Assembly (NCBI GenBank): GCA_020635955.1 | Contig: JACJYW010000004.1 | Coordinates: 402,702-466,701 of the forward strand | DNA: 64,000 nt | Reading direction: 5' to 3' | Source: Crocinitomicaceae bacterium | GTDB taxonomy: Bacteria > Bacteroidota > Bacteroidia > Flavobacteriales_D > Crocinitomicaceae | Shown: positions 20,401 to 30,145 of the stretch, one piece after another | How positions within the stretch are numbered: the first letter of the stretch is position 1 | Layout of the letters: every line of letters starts with the position of its first letter | Position numbers and translations under genes: made by a program | The notes under the pieces: model-generated | The model's input: only the letters and a program-made list of their open reading frames with translations | Told to the model about the DNA's origin: nothing | Databases searched by the model: none

Positions 20401-20745
20401 GACATCAAAAACACAAACTCCTGTACTCCAACCTTGTTTATTTATTCCGGCATCTATTGAAACGTTCTTGAATTTAAGCTCTCCCTGATTAAAATAGAGT
20501 TGATCATCCACTTGATTCCCCGCGAAAAAAATATCAGGCAAATTGTCATGATTGAAATCCCCTATCCCAATACCTGCACCATTATATAAATAATCATATT
20601 TAAGGATATTGACCTCTTTATTTTCAGTGATCGTATTTTGAAATTTAACATTGGACTGATCACTATCAATAGCAAAATAGAGGCTCTGTTGACTCAATAA
20701 ACAAAGAGACATCCATAGCATTGTCGATAAAAGAATGTGTTTCAT
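17461..20745 (-). CDS. VCBS/FG-GAP repeat protein (CRTAC1/ASPIC-UnbV-like)
   Basis: Many DxDxDGDxD repeats; YNGAGIGIGD and TDWSWAPLF motifs. Confidence 0.85.
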   Translation of the reverse strand: MKHILLSTMLWMSLCLLSQQSLYFAIDSDQSNVKFQNTITENKEVNILKYDYLYNGAGIGIGDFNHDNLPDIFFAGNQVDDQLYFNQGELKFKNVSIDAGINKQGWSTGVCVFDVNADGWDDIYVCRSGPSQNAIELKNVLYVNQKDGTFKEQAALYGLDLSGHHTQAAPLDIDLDGDLDLYVMGHPGKFKHKVSFQDAIREIQSGQVESDILLENVGGKYVDITRQANIVEYGYGLGLAITDINGDHYPDIIVCNDFDEPDHLFVNQQNNTFKDENLNYFKHTTNYSMGNDVGDFNNDGLMDYISVDMAFEQHERSKMNMASMNPEKFFARVQLGWGYQYMHNMLHLNTGMGTFQEIAQFAGVAKTDWSWAPLFLDMDMDGFQDLFITNGYKRDTKNNDIGKMLEDAKEKKGELSIQEFLDLIPSVKIENFFFRNTGHLKFEDKRAEWGVDEKLNSNGAAYADLDGDGDLDLILNNVDTLASIYENTGKPEGQVLKIGLNKMPQAQLAGLIFEAHSSNVVQTKEAYFVRGYQSTMEKKIIFYAPANDSFRSLKIKTQDGRTFIKTFDSMPSQMVASISLGLDSTFGIFEEVHERIAPPMAYFKEVTDQFKLDIAYVDNKFNDFEKESLLPHMMSTKGPKIAVGDIDNNGFEDFIVSSAFMNIPIIMLQNANGTFKKMVSPSFYNHQTSEEGDIELFDVNGDKKLDVMMSSGGYQFEEGDTALENRFYIGNGLGMFGLVNNAMPSDKINSGELIPGDFDKDGDLDFIVCGDAHPMKYPYGGKTKLYVNEKGFFRDKTKELAPQMEYTGMVNDGAFTDVDMDGDLDIILVGEWMNITVFENKGGGFIKMPTSLDYPGWWSCIDAVDIDGDGDDDYLLGNAGMNNKFNASKYRPLDIYANDFDGNGTLDIVLAFTKQGHHKPVRGKECSSGQMPFINDKFPTYFEFAHSDLEDIYPKEKLDKALHYTATEFRSGILYNHGKQGFQFEPFPDEAQFSFINDIVTYDINQDGKLDILAVGNRFNAEVETTRYDANCGIMMIQKEDGSFEYIQPTTSGFFAPHNAKSLKLIKLGKQGKLGIVVGNNNQKIQLFMANGFI

Positions 20746-20788
20746 ATACTATCCTTTCAAGTGAAGATACTACTTTTGAAGAAGATTC

Positions 20789-22033
20789 ATGGGCATGATG
20801 AAATTTGTCGATCTTCCTCAAAAGCTATCCTGGAAAACTATTCTTCCAAAAATCGAACCGAATATTTGCTGTTTGTTATTGAGAGATGATGAGCATTATT
20901 TAATTGGATGGGGGGTTAAGGATCATTACAATGCATCTGACCACAGTTTTACATTAAAGGATTTTCAAGACTTCATTTCAAAACATAAGCAAGAGTACAA
21001 ATTGGGTTATTTTGGATATGATCTTAAGAATGTTGTTGAACCACAACTTTCATCCCAAAACAGAGATCAACTTGGTTTTCCAGACACCTTTTGGTTTATT
21101 CCCGAGAACATTTTGATCTGTTCTGGCGGAAATTGCATGTATTCAGGTAAAGAAGATCTAAATGAGATATTGAATGCGGGAATTCCAAATTCCAATTTCC
21201 AACATCACCAAATTGATCTGGAACCATTCACGAATAAGGAGAATTATTTGAAACATGTAGATCAGATCCTTCAACATATACAAAGAGGAGATATCTATGA
21301 AGTGAACTATTGTGTGAATTTTTCATCCCCTGGAGAAATCGATCCGGTTCAAACCTTCATTAAGCTCAACGAAAATGCACAGGCTCCGTTTTCTTCTTTT
21401 TTTGGTTTTGAAGGGAAACATATTTTATCTGCCTCCCCTGAGAGATTTATTCAAAAAACAGGAGATCAACTGATCTCTCAGCCTATTAAAGGAACGGCCA
21501 GACGTGACAGTGATCCGCTAACAGATCAGCATTTGGCCAATCAATTGCAACTTGACAAAAAGGAGCGTTCAGAAAACGTGATGATCGTTGATCTCGTGCG
21601 GAATGATCTCTCTAAATTGGCCAAAAAGAATTCAGTTGAAGTGCCGGAATTGTTTACAGTACATACATTCAAAACCGTGCATCAACTTATTTCTACGGTG
21701 CAATGTGAAGTGAAAGAAGGTACAACTGAAGCAGATATTTTGAATGCTCTTTTTCCTATGGGTTCAATGACGGGAGCTCCAAAATTTTCAGCAATGACAA
21801 TAGCTGAAGAACAGGAAGATTTTAAAAGAGGAGTTTATTCAGGTGCCATTGGTGTTTTTCATCCGAATGGAAATTTCGATCTTAACGTTGTGATAAGATC
21901 AATTTTGTATAATAGCGTTGAAAAGGTAATTTCAGCTTCTGTTGGAGGTGCGATTACCATTAATTCTGACCCTTTAAGTGAATACAAAGAATGCCTGATC
22001 AAATTGGAAGCCTTACAAAAAGCACTATGCTAG
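20789..22033 (+). CDS. pabB: Aminodeoxychorismate synthase component I (anthranilate synthase I family)
   Basis: GDIYEVN, SPERF, PIKGT, ENVMIVDLVRNDL, FPMGSMTGAPK. Confidence 0.8.
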   Translation: MGMMKFVDLPQKLSWKTILPKIEPNICCLLLRDDEHYLIGWGVKDHYNASDHSFTLKDFQDFISKHKQEYKLGYFGYDLKNVVEPQLSSQNRDQLGFPDTFWFIPENILICSGGNCMYSGKEDLNEILNAGIPNSNFQHHQIDLEPFTNKENYLKHVDQILQHIQRGDIYEVNYCVNFSSPGEIDPVQTFIKLNENAQAPFSSFFGFEGKHILSASPERFIQKTGDQLISQPIKGTARRDSDPLTDQHLANQLQLDKKERSENVMIVDLVRNDLSKLAKKNSVEVPELFTVHTFKTVHQLISTVQCEVKEGTTEADILNALFPMGSMTGAPKFSAMTIAEEQEDFKRGVYSGAIGVFHPNGNFDLNVVIRSILYNSVEKVISASVGGAITINSDPLSEYKECLIKLEALQKALC

Positions 22034-23340
22034 ATCGATTCAAAGAAATTCTCAGAACCGACTATCCGGAAATTGAATCATATGACCTTTATCTGGCGGT
22101 AAGTGGTGGTAAAGATTCAATGGTTCTTTCACATCTCTTATTAAGAAGTGGTTTAGATCACACATTACTACACTGTAATTTCAAATTAAGAGGTAAAGAA
22201 TCAGATGAAGATGAAGCTTTCATGAGACGTTATGCTGAAAAAAGTGGCCTGTCAATTGAAGTTAGGACTTTTGATACTTACGGATATGTAGAAGAGTCTG
22301 GAAAAACAATTCAGGAAGCCGCTCGAGAACTGCGTTATGATTGGTTTCACACTTTTGCTGAAAATGAAAGATCACTGATCCTAACTGCACATCATTTAGA
22401 CGATTCTATTGAAACCTTTTTTATCAATTTATTAAGAGGGACAGGTTATAAAGGAGTGAGAGGTATTCCAAAATTCAATCATCCTTTCTATCGTCCATTA
22501 TCATCTTTTAAAGCAGATGATATCTACCGGTATATAGATGAAAACCATATCGATTATAGAGAGGATTCATCCAACAAAGAGACGAAATATTTGAGGAATA
22601 AACTTAGACATGAAATTGTACCTGGCTTCAATGAAATCGAACCCAAATTCAGATCAAAAATGGGTGCTTTCTTTGAAGAAATGAATAACCTTGAAAGCTT
22701 TGTTCATCAGCAAGTAGAAGAACTTCAGGATAGAATACTTTTTCACAAGGACAATATCATTTCTGCACCTATTGAAGAATTGAATAAATTGAATTCTACT
22801 GCATTGCATTTTGTATTTAGAGAATTTGGGATCAGACGTTCTAATGTGAAAGCCTTTATCAAATTCCTACAAAGTCACACTGGTTCTAAGTTCTTTTCAG
22901 AAACGCATGAGTTTCTATTAGATCGGGAGTTTCTATTACTGAAAAAATTAGATATATCTTTTGTGGAACTAACTGTAGAGATCAATGAATTTCCCACTGA
23001 ACTACATATAGCGAGCAAAGCCCTTCGATTTGAGATTCAATCATTTCACGGAATCGAAAAAACAAACAACCCTCTTCAATTAGATCTTGCAAAAATTGAT
23101 CTTCCAATAACGATCAGAAACTGGAAACATGGAGACAAGATCCAACCTTTGGGTATGAGTGGTCAAAAATTGATCTCTGATGTGTTGATCGACCACAAGA
23201 TCTCACAATTCGAAAAAGAAAAAACCCTGATTATTGAGGATGCACATGGAAAGATCATTGCCATCCCAAATTTGATGATCTCAGAAATGGTAAAATCAGA
23301 TGATCTCACAAAAGACATCCTGCTCGTAATAGAAGAATAA
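22027..23340 (+). CDS. tilS: tRNA(Ile)-lysidine synthetase
   Basis: SGGKDS, ARELRY, AHHLDD, DSSN, RNKLRH; start taken as the ATG at 22027. Confidence 0.95.
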   Translation: MLDRFKEILRTDYPEIESYDLYLAVSGGKDSMVLSHLLLRSGLDHTLLHCNFKLRGKESDEDEAFMRRYAEKSGLSIEVRTFDTYGYVEESGKTIQEAARELRYDWFHTFAENERSLILTAHHLDDSIETFFINLLRGTGYKGVRGIPKFNHPFYRPLSSFKADDIYRYIDENHIDYREDSSNKETKYLRNKLRHEIVPGFNEIEPKFRSKMGAFFEEMNNLESFVHQQVEELQDRILFHKDNIISAPIEELNKLNSTALHFVFREFGIRRSNVKAFIKFLQSHTGSKFFSETHEFLLDREFLLLKKLDISFVELTVEINEFPTELHIASKALRFEIQSFHGIEKTNNPLQLDLAKIDLPITIRNWKHGDKIQPLGMSGQKLISDVLIDHKISQFEKEKTLIIEDAHGKIIAIPNLMISEMVKSDDLTKDILLVIEE

Positions 23341-23371
23341 AAAAACCCTTGTTTGTCGAAACAAACAAGGG
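23339..23371 (-). terminator. Intrinsic terminator
   Basis: CCCTTGTTTGT-CGAA-ACAAACAAGGG preceded by an A run (U-tract on the minus strand). Confidence 0.7.
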
Positions 23372-23463
23372 CCTGGGTTAACCTGGATTAAATGAATAGA
23401 TTGCAATCTCTAGTCCAATCATTTTAATCTACCACCTAGAAAACCCCTCTCCATAACATGTTT

Positions 23464-24363
23464 TTAATTACAAGGTGTTGGATATGCTCCCGGTAATTCC
23501 CCATATACATAGGACTTACCGTAAGAACCTTTGACATAGTCTTGTCTTACCAAAAATTCCTGCCATTGGCAACCACCATTTTGGGTCATGATCACTGCAC
23601 ATTTTAATTCACGTCCAACCACTCTTCCATTTGAGGTAATGTCGCTCCAATTTGAAGAAACGATATAAGAACTTACAACTGTTTGAGTCCATTTCTTAGC
23701 CACAGACCAATCTTTGATCAAACTATTTACCTCAGTATTTAATGCTGTATCATCCATTCCTGCTGACGGTTTCTCGTGTTTTCCGGCAATTTCTCCATTA
23801 GCAAGCTGACACCTGTTCAATACAGCAGTTGCAATTAACTCCTGATATTCTTCAGGATGCTCACACAAATACTTAATTCTCTCTTTGTCTTTACCAAGAA
23901 TGAATTCTCTAACTAATGGCTCCACTGGATAAACTTTGCCTCCTTTTGAAGGTGCATTAGATTTTGTAGGTCTTTTCATATCACCACAAGTTGTATTCAC
24001 TGTTGTTGCGGGCTCAACTACAAATATTCCTGGTTCAATTTGAAGCAAAGTTGCTGTTGTTAAACAACGAGGACCTACATTGCTCATTTTAAAGAAAACC
24101 AATTTGCCGTCCTTTACAGCCTGACCAGTATACTGGGTTGGGGTCCCAGTCATAGGTCTTTCGTTTTTATCATACAATAGAGAAATGGATTGATCACCTG
24201 AATTGTAAGTAATGTCTACACTTTCGAAGGTTCTTTTCCATGGATGCTCCAAACTGGCATCATAATTAGGTTCACCTACATAGTACGTTCCACTGATCTC
24301 TTCAGCCAAAACTACATTGGCACTGAACAATCCTAGAATTAATAAACTGAATATTGGTTTCAT
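23464..24363 (-). CDS. Hypothetical exported protein
   Basis: Signal peptide; C-terminal region shared with the upstream gene. Confidence 0.75.
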   Translation of the reverse strand: MKPIFSLLILGLFSANVVLAEEISGTYYVGEPNYDASLEHPWKRTFESVDITYNSGDQSISLLYDKNERPMTGTPTQYTGQAVKDGKLVFFKMSNVGPRCLTTATLLQIEPGIFVVEPATTVNTTCGDMKRPTKSNAPSKGGKVYPVEPLVREFILGKDKERIKYLCEHPEEYQELIATAVLNRCQLANGEIAGKHEKPSAGMDDTALNTEVNSLIKDWSVAKKWTQTVVSSYIVSSNWSDITSNGRVVGRELKCAVIMTQNGGCQWQEFLVRQDYVKGSYGKSYVYGELPGAYPTPCN

Positions 24364-24384
24364 TTTCTTGATCTTTTAAGTGTT

Positions 24385-25794
24385 TTATTTTTTGTATTTC
24401 ATTGCAGTTGCGCAATCAACCGGCACAATTACAGTTGTTTCATTTGAGAAATAGGTCGCGCCGTATTTAGCACCATCATAATCCTGTTTTACATAAACTT
24501 CTTCCCATTTGCATGTCCCATCTTTTTCTTTCATGATGGCAATGCACCAAATTCCTCTTGCCAGAATTACACCTGTTACCTGATGTCTATGAATATTCCA
24601 GTCTTTACCGTGAACAAATACATATTGTAATTCCTGAGCCCATCTTGCCTGTGCCCATTTTAAAGTAACTGCCGTTGCATCTTTGCTCAATTGTGGAGTA
24701 TTCATTGAGCTTGGAGTTGGCATTGGTTTTTCCGCAGCCTCTAATGCATCTGACTGGGCACATTCAGCTCTAATGTTCTCAATAGAAAGTTTCTTGATCT
24801 CATCAGGATTGCTCATCAATTGCTCAATTCTTTCCTTGTTTTTACCAAGCAAGATGTACTCACCTTCTGTTTTATTACCTGCCCAAACAACATCTGTACA
24901 ACCATTTGAAGTTCTGTACCATCCACCTTTATTGACTAAATACAATCCTTCTTCTAAATAAGTGATTGAGATGTCTTTGAAAAGCAGGATCTTATTCATA
25001 TTGTCTCCCTTGAATCTGTAAACGGGCTTCAAGCCACCTTCTTTAAAGGCTTTGAACGCTCTTGTACCGTCAAAATAGAATTTGTCATAACCTGTTTGAC
25101 TGTAATAAGCTTTATAGATGTATTTATCTTCTTTATCCAGGTACATATAAACTGCTTGAGTGTATTTCCCGTGAGCTTCATCAGAATTTGAATAAGTGTT
25201 GAATCCAGATAGTTCAGACATATAATACAATCCACTTAATCCCCATTCATCAGTCAAAGACAATTCCGGAGTCGGTAAAATGTTGGCTAACATTTCCGCT
25301 CTTTTAGCTTCTTCTATTCCTTTTTTAATCAAATCATCAAAATTTGACAATACTGATTGGAATTCTGCATTCATTGACTCAGATGTGACCTCTTTTGCTT
25401 GCTTTTTATCCAGATGACCGCCAACCTGAATTTCATATTTACCATCCTTGAATGTAAAAAGACCCATACGATCATCTGATGTAATTATCACACCAATTTT
25501 ATCATTGGTATTCCAAAATGCATTAGATCCATTTGCAAGATTGATTTGAATACAGGAATATTCTCTGGAACAGTTTAAACTAGCATATTTTATCCTGGTG
25601 CCTTTATCATCTTTGACAATATCGATCTTCTTGGTAATATCCGTTAAAGGATTTCCACCACTACATCCAACTGTTAATCCTTTGGATAGTGTATAGGTTT
25701 GTGCATTTGCTGTGAATGTCATAATTCCTATGGCAAAAAAGAACATTCTAAGGGCAAAGGATAGCTTGAGGTTTGTTCGAGATTTGATTTTCAT
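24385..25794 (-). CDS. Hypothetical exported protein
   Basis: Signal peptide ending ANAQ; paralogous to 23464-24363 in its C-terminal ~190 aa. Confidence 0.75.
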   Translation of the reverse strand: MKIKSRTNLKLSFALRMFFFAIGIMTFTANAQTYTLSKGLTVGCSGGNPLTDITKKIDIVKDDKGTRIKYASLNCSREYSCIQINLANGSNAFWNTNDKIGVIITSDDRMGLFTFKDGKYEIQVGGHLDKKQAKEVTSESMNAEFQSVLSNFDDLIKKGIEEAKRAEMLANILPTPELSLTDEWGLSGLYYMSELSGFNTYSNSDEAHGKYTQAVYMYLDKEDKYIYKAYYSQTGYDKFYFDGTRAFKAFKEGGLKPVYRFKGDNMNKILLFKDISITYLEEGLYLVNKGGWYRTSNGCTDVVWAGNKTEGEYILLGKNKERIEQLMSNPDEIKKLSIENIRAECAQSDALEAAEKPMPTPSSMNTPQLSKDATAVTLKWAQARWAQELQYVFVHGKDWNIHRHQVTGVILARGIWCIAIMKEKDGTCKWEEVYVKQDYDGAKYGATYFSNETTVIVPVDCATAMKYKK

Positions 25795-25838
25795 TTTAAG
25801 TTCAGATTAGGAAAAATTATTTCGCAATTATTTTAACC

Positions 25839-25927
25839 CAAATCTAGACTATACAAGTTTGAGATACCTGCCGTTCTTCCGAAAGAGAGTTTATTTCTTC
25901 TAAAGGGTATTTTTCTTCTTCTGAATG
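25839..25927 (-). promoter_or_regulatory. Promoter with three 21-bp-phased direct repeats (candidate LytTR binding sites)
   Basis: TAGATTTG (-7 element) on the minus strand at 25839-25846; TTCTTCCGAAAG, TTCTTCTAAAGG and TTCTTCTGAATG start at 25874, 25895 and 25916. Confidence 0.65.
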
Positions 25928-25967
25928 ATTTTTTTATCCATTCATTGCGCGTATTTTTACCGGGATT

Positions 25968-28787
25968 ATGAGACAGTTATTTTCTTTCGTTTTTCTATTC
26001 ATATTGCCTTTGGTTTCAATAGGGCAATTTGAGCCTTCTTACAGACAGATAACTGTAGCTGACGGATTACCCACCAATACTATTTATGATATCATTCAAG
26101 GGCCGAGTGGTGAGATCGTAATTGGTCATCAGTATGGTCTAAGCCGATTCAATGGTTTGGATATTATTGAAATGCCGGCCAGGGAACAACCTCCTGCATT
26201 ATCTAATTTGGTAATGATTGGTACATCAAGATACTTGTGCAGAAGTTTTAATGATGAGATCTATTTAGTCAGTGGAAATAAACTCCATGCCATTGATTCT
26301 TTATCTAATAAACGTGTCGGATACAGTACATTTTTCAGATATGCCTGCCACATGTATCGTTCAAAGGCCAATAGAATTTCAATTGTATGTGATGGAATGA
26401 AGCCTCAGGATATTACCATTTTTCAATTGCCTGAAGATGCCAAATTCCATAGTGTCACTGAAAAAAATGGACACGTTTATGCCATAGCAAGAGATTCACT
26501 CTATGAGGTCAATCTCAACACAGCTCAACTGGTTAAGAAAATGGCCATTGGAAGTGGAATTCATCAATTCACATATGCTTTGGGAGATTCCATATTACTT
26601 TTTAAGCCGCAAGAAAATAGACTTCATTACGTCACAAATTCAGGATTATCAGAACCCTTCATCTTTCCCGGGTACAATACAAATCATAAAGTCAATTTTA
26701 TTAGAGAAATTGGAGATGGATTAACAGCTATCGGCACATTCGGGGGATTATACCTTTATGATCGCTCATTTCAGCTGATCGGAAATTACTATACCAACAT
26801 GCAGATATCATGCATGACAATAGACAAAGAAAAAAACTTATGGTTAGGCACTTTACAGGATGGTATACTAATCATCCCTTCAACTGAGATCAGAAGTGTA
26901 AAATCGAACCGATTATTTGGAGAAGCTACTACAACATCCAAATTATATACGATTAATGATTCGCTCATTGCGTTGGGATCATTCAACGGTAAGCTATCCA
27001 TAGTTAATGAGGATGGTTTTATACAGAAAAAAATAGATTTTGATAGAATGGATGAAATTCAATCCATTTTTTACAATAAAGATAAAAACGAGCTATTGTT
27101 GTTTTGTAAACAATTGCTAGTAATGGACTATAATTCCGGGAAGATCAAGAATGAAATTCCAATTCCGCCAGCTAAAACCATCTACGTTTCAGGTGATACA
27201 ATCTACTGTGGTACCTCAACTGGATTATATGTGCTGATCAATAATCAAATTGTTCTTAATTCAGATGGAGAGTTGTGGATCAGAAATCTACTTCCTTATA
27301 AAAATGGCCTAATCCTGGAGACTCCTTCAGGCATTCATTATTTTGATAATACGGAGTTAAAAACAATGGAGCTAGACGAATTCAAAGCCATCAATGAATT
27401 GCCAAAACCTGCCAATTTTATAGCATCTAATGACACCATATACTTTACATCTAATGCTTCTGTACATTATCTATTTCAGGATAAAGTAGAAACATTATAT
27501 CGCACTACCTCAAACAAATTAAGGTCATTGACATCTGTGAACGGAAAGATTTATGCAGCTGATAATAAGAATATTTACTTGTTGGACGGTTCAGTGATCG
27601 ATCAAACAAAAGGATTAGAGCTTAATGAGATCAAGGGATTGACGAATTTAAATAGTTCCTTGCTAGTTTACAACACGGAGAGAATCCAGGTATTTAAACA
27701 ATTCATTGGTAAAAATGAAAATCCTCCTCGTTTGTTTATTAAGGAAATTACCGGAAGTTTTGATCGAAAATTAATCTCTGACTTTAGCGAAAACCTTCTA
27801 CAGATCTCATTTGAGATCCTGCCTAATATCTCAGCTTTGGGAAATAGCAAACTGGCTTACGAACTATCCGGGGAAATCAATGTATCAGATACCCTGACAG
27901 TTGCTGAGCAAGAACAAATTTCATTTGAACGTTTGCCATATGGAGAATACGTTCTCACACTAACGGCTATCAATGAAGACGGAGCCACTTCGAAGCCAAA
28001 AAAATTCAATTTAACGGTTAACCGACCTTATTATGCGACCTGGTGGTTCAGACTATCCATATTGACAGCAGCAGTGCTGATCACGCTTTTAATAATGCGA
28101 TTAAGAATTAAAGTTTTGCAACGAAAAAACATTGAAAAACTCGAGAAAGAAAGATTAAAAACACACGCACTTATAGCAGAACTTAAGGCGATTCGATCAC
28201 AAATGGATCCCCACTTTATTTTCAATTGTTTGAGTTCAATACAGTCAAGTATTTTGAACAATGAATCAGAACAAGCTTATGAAAACCTTACAGTTTTTAC
28301 GAAATTACTGAGAGAAGCTCTCTTATTCACCTCAAGAGAATTCATCTCTCTGGAAGAGGAGGTTGGATTTATTGAGAAATATGTTCACCTGGAGCAAATG
28401 AGAAGCAGTTCTCCTTTTGATTTTGAGCTAAAGCTTGATCAGGAGCTGGATATTTCCAATGCAAGGATACCATCTTTGATCACTCAGCCTTTTGTAGAAA
28501 ATGCCATTCGACATGGATTGATGCATAAAGAGTCAGATAAAAAACTTGTATTCATTGTGTCAAAAGTTGATGGCGGCTTTGAGGTAATGATCAAGGATAA
28601 TGGTGTGGGTATTGAACGTTCAAAATCTATCAATGCTGAGATAAGAAAAAATCATCAATCCACCGGAGTAAAGGCTATCCATGACCGCATTGAACTGCTG
28701 AATAAAAGGGGGCATCTCATAAAGTTAAAAACCATAACCAGTGACGCTGGAACCGAAGTTGTTTTCACTTTTTATCATAAAAAATGA
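25968..28787 (+). CDS. LytS-type sensor histidine kinase with beta-propeller periplasmic region
   Basis: DGLPTNTIYDI propeller start, TM helix, RSQMDPHFIFN, QPFVENAIRHG, DNGVG. Confidence 0.92.
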   Translation: MRQLFSFVFLFILPLVSIGQFEPSYRQITVADGLPTNTIYDIIQGPSGEIVIGHQYGLSRFNGLDIIEMPAREQPPALSNLVMIGTSRYLCRSFNDEIYLVSGNKLHAIDSLSNKRVGYSTFFRYACHMYRSKANRISIVCDGMKPQDITIFQLPEDAKFHSVTEKNGHVYAIARDSLYEVNLNTAQLVKKMAIGSGIHQFTYALGDSILLFKPQENRLHYVTNSGLSEPFIFPGYNTNHKVNFIREIGDGLTAIGTFGGLYLYDRSFQLIGNYYTNMQISCMTIDKEKNLWLGTLQDGILIIPSTEIRSVKSNRLFGEATTTSKLYTINDSLIALGSFNGKLSIVNEDGFIQKKIDFDRMDEIQSIFYNKDKNELLLFCKQLLVMDYNSGKIKNEIPIPPAKTIYVSGDTIYCGTSTGLYVLINNQIVLNSDGELWIRNLLPYKNGLILETPSGIHYFDNTELKTMELDEFKAINELPKPANFIASNDTIYFTSNASVHYLFQDKVETLYRTTSNKLRSLTSVNGKIYAADNKNIYLLDGSVIDQTKGLELNEIKGLTNLNSSLLVYNTERIQVFKQFIGKNENPPRLFIKEITGSFDRKLISDFSENLLQISFEILPNISALGNSKLAYELSGEINVSDTLTVAEQEQISFERLPYGEYVLTLTAINEDGATSKPKKFNLTVNRPYYATWWFRLSILTAAVLITLLIMRLRIKVLQRKNIEKLEKERLKTHALIAELKAIRSQMDPHFIFNCLSSIQSSILNNESEQAYENLTVFTKLLREALLFTSREFISLEEEVGFIEKYVHLEQMRSSSPFDFELKLDQELDISNARIPSLITQPFVENAIRHGLMHKESDKKLVFIVSKVDGGFEVMIKDNGVGIERSKSINAEIRKNHQSTGVKAIHDRIELLNKRGHLIKLKTITSDAGTEVVFTFYHKK

Positions 28788-29533
28788 GTCGATCAGGTAC
28801 ATTAGACATTATTATAGTGGATGACGAACAGCATGCTATTCAGCTTTTGAAGAAAGTGCTGGAATTGTTTCCAAATAATGTCAGGATAGTTGGAGAAGCT
28901 AATAATCTGCCTGAAGCCATTCAGCTGATCAACCAAACCAATCCGCATGCGGTTTTCATGGACATTAACATGCCCAAATATTCAGGTTTACAGGTAAACG
29001 ACTTTTTTGATGAAAACCGGGTTTTTAAGTTGGTTTACGTTACAGCCCACAGTCAACATGCCATTGAAGCCCTAAGAATTCAAGCTTTTGACTACATCCT
29101 AAAACCGGTTGAAAAAATACAATTATCTAAATGTATAGACCGATTGAATAAGCACTTTGATCAACAAAGGATTCAAGAAGAAGCGGCTATTAATATAGAA
29201 CAGGATAGAAAAATTGCCATCAACAGTCATCAGGGCATTCAATACATCAATTTGGATGATATTATCTTTATTGAAGCTTCAAGCATGTATTCAGTGGTAC
29301 ACACTGCTGACAACCAGATCATAGTTTCTAAACCACTGAAAGAATTCGATTATTTAACAAAGAATGGTTTTTACCGCGTTCACAGATCATATTTGATCAA
29401 TACGAAAAAAGTAAAGCGTTACAGTAAAGTAGATGTCTATGAAATAGAAATGCTCAGTGGTGAAAGAGTTCCTGTATCCAGAAACAAGAAAGAAGATTTC
29501 GTGAAATTTATGCGAGAAGTTTACGGTGTCTAA
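28784..29533 (+). CDS. LytTR family response regulator
   Basis: IVDDE, FMDINMP, VTAH, DYILKP receiver motifs; FYRVHRSYLIN and VPVSR LytTR domain. Confidence 0.95.
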   Translation: MSRSGTLDIIIVDDEQHAIQLLKKVLELFPNNVRIVGEANNLPEAIQLINQTNPHAVFMDINMPKYSGLQVNDFFDENRVFKLVYVTAHSQHAIEALRIQAFDYILKPVEKIQLSKCIDRLNKHFDQQRIQEEAAINIEQDRKIAINSHQGIQYINLDDIIFIEASSMYSVVHTADNQIIVSKPLKEFDYLTKNGFYRVHRSYLINTKKVKRYSKVDVYEIEMLSGERVPVSRNKKEDFVKFMREVYGV

Positions 29534-29928
29534 TCGGCACTTTCAGGTAATTGATAAGCTTCAACTTCCAAAATCCATCCATGGGCCTCTTCACGTGTTG
29601 AAAATTCACGCATTGGGTATTGCACTGACCGAAACTTGCGATAAAACCTGAAGATGTTTCTATGTAAAAAACTACCAATCACAAAAGCCTCTGCACCTGC
29701 CGGCTTCTCTCGATTAGACGCAAATGATCTAGCCTCACTGGAAACAGAAGTTCCTTTCGGAAACACGTGTAGGACTTTTCACAACGCTCCCTCATGATGA
29801 TCATCATAGTTCTGAACTACTATTTCAATGTCCTCTTTCTGAAGTGTTACTCCATCTTTCCATTCCACGGTAAAAATGCCGTGTTCATCCAAATAAACGC
29901 TAGAGTTTTCGTTCTCAATTCTTTCCAT
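29530..29928 (-). pseudogene. Paralog of 41362-41754 (STAS/SpoIIAA-like small protein) with an in-frame TGA
   Basis: MERIENENSSVYLDEHGIFTVEWK...HEGAL*KVLHVFPKG; the TGA at 29779-29781 aligns with Trp in the paralog. Confidence 0.75.
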
Positions 29929-30020
29929 AAGCAAGCTATTGCTTTAAAGTTAATGTAAAACTCAATAAATCATAGATTCCATTTTAACATTTTAAAAATT
30001 AATGGGAAACAGCCATCTCG

Positions 30021-30102
30021 TTCTCTAACACCTAAAACCTATCACCTAACACCTATAACCTTTCACCTAAAACCTAAAAAACTAACACCTAACAACTACT
30101 AC
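30021..30102. repeat. Degenerate heptamer tandem array (ACCTAAC-like), G-free on + strand
   Basis: ctaacac ctaaaac ctatcac ctaacac ctataac ctttcac ctaaaac... Confidence 0.85.
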
Positions 30103-30145
30103 GCTAGTCCCAAAATAATTATCTTCGTGCCCCTTAAAACTTACC

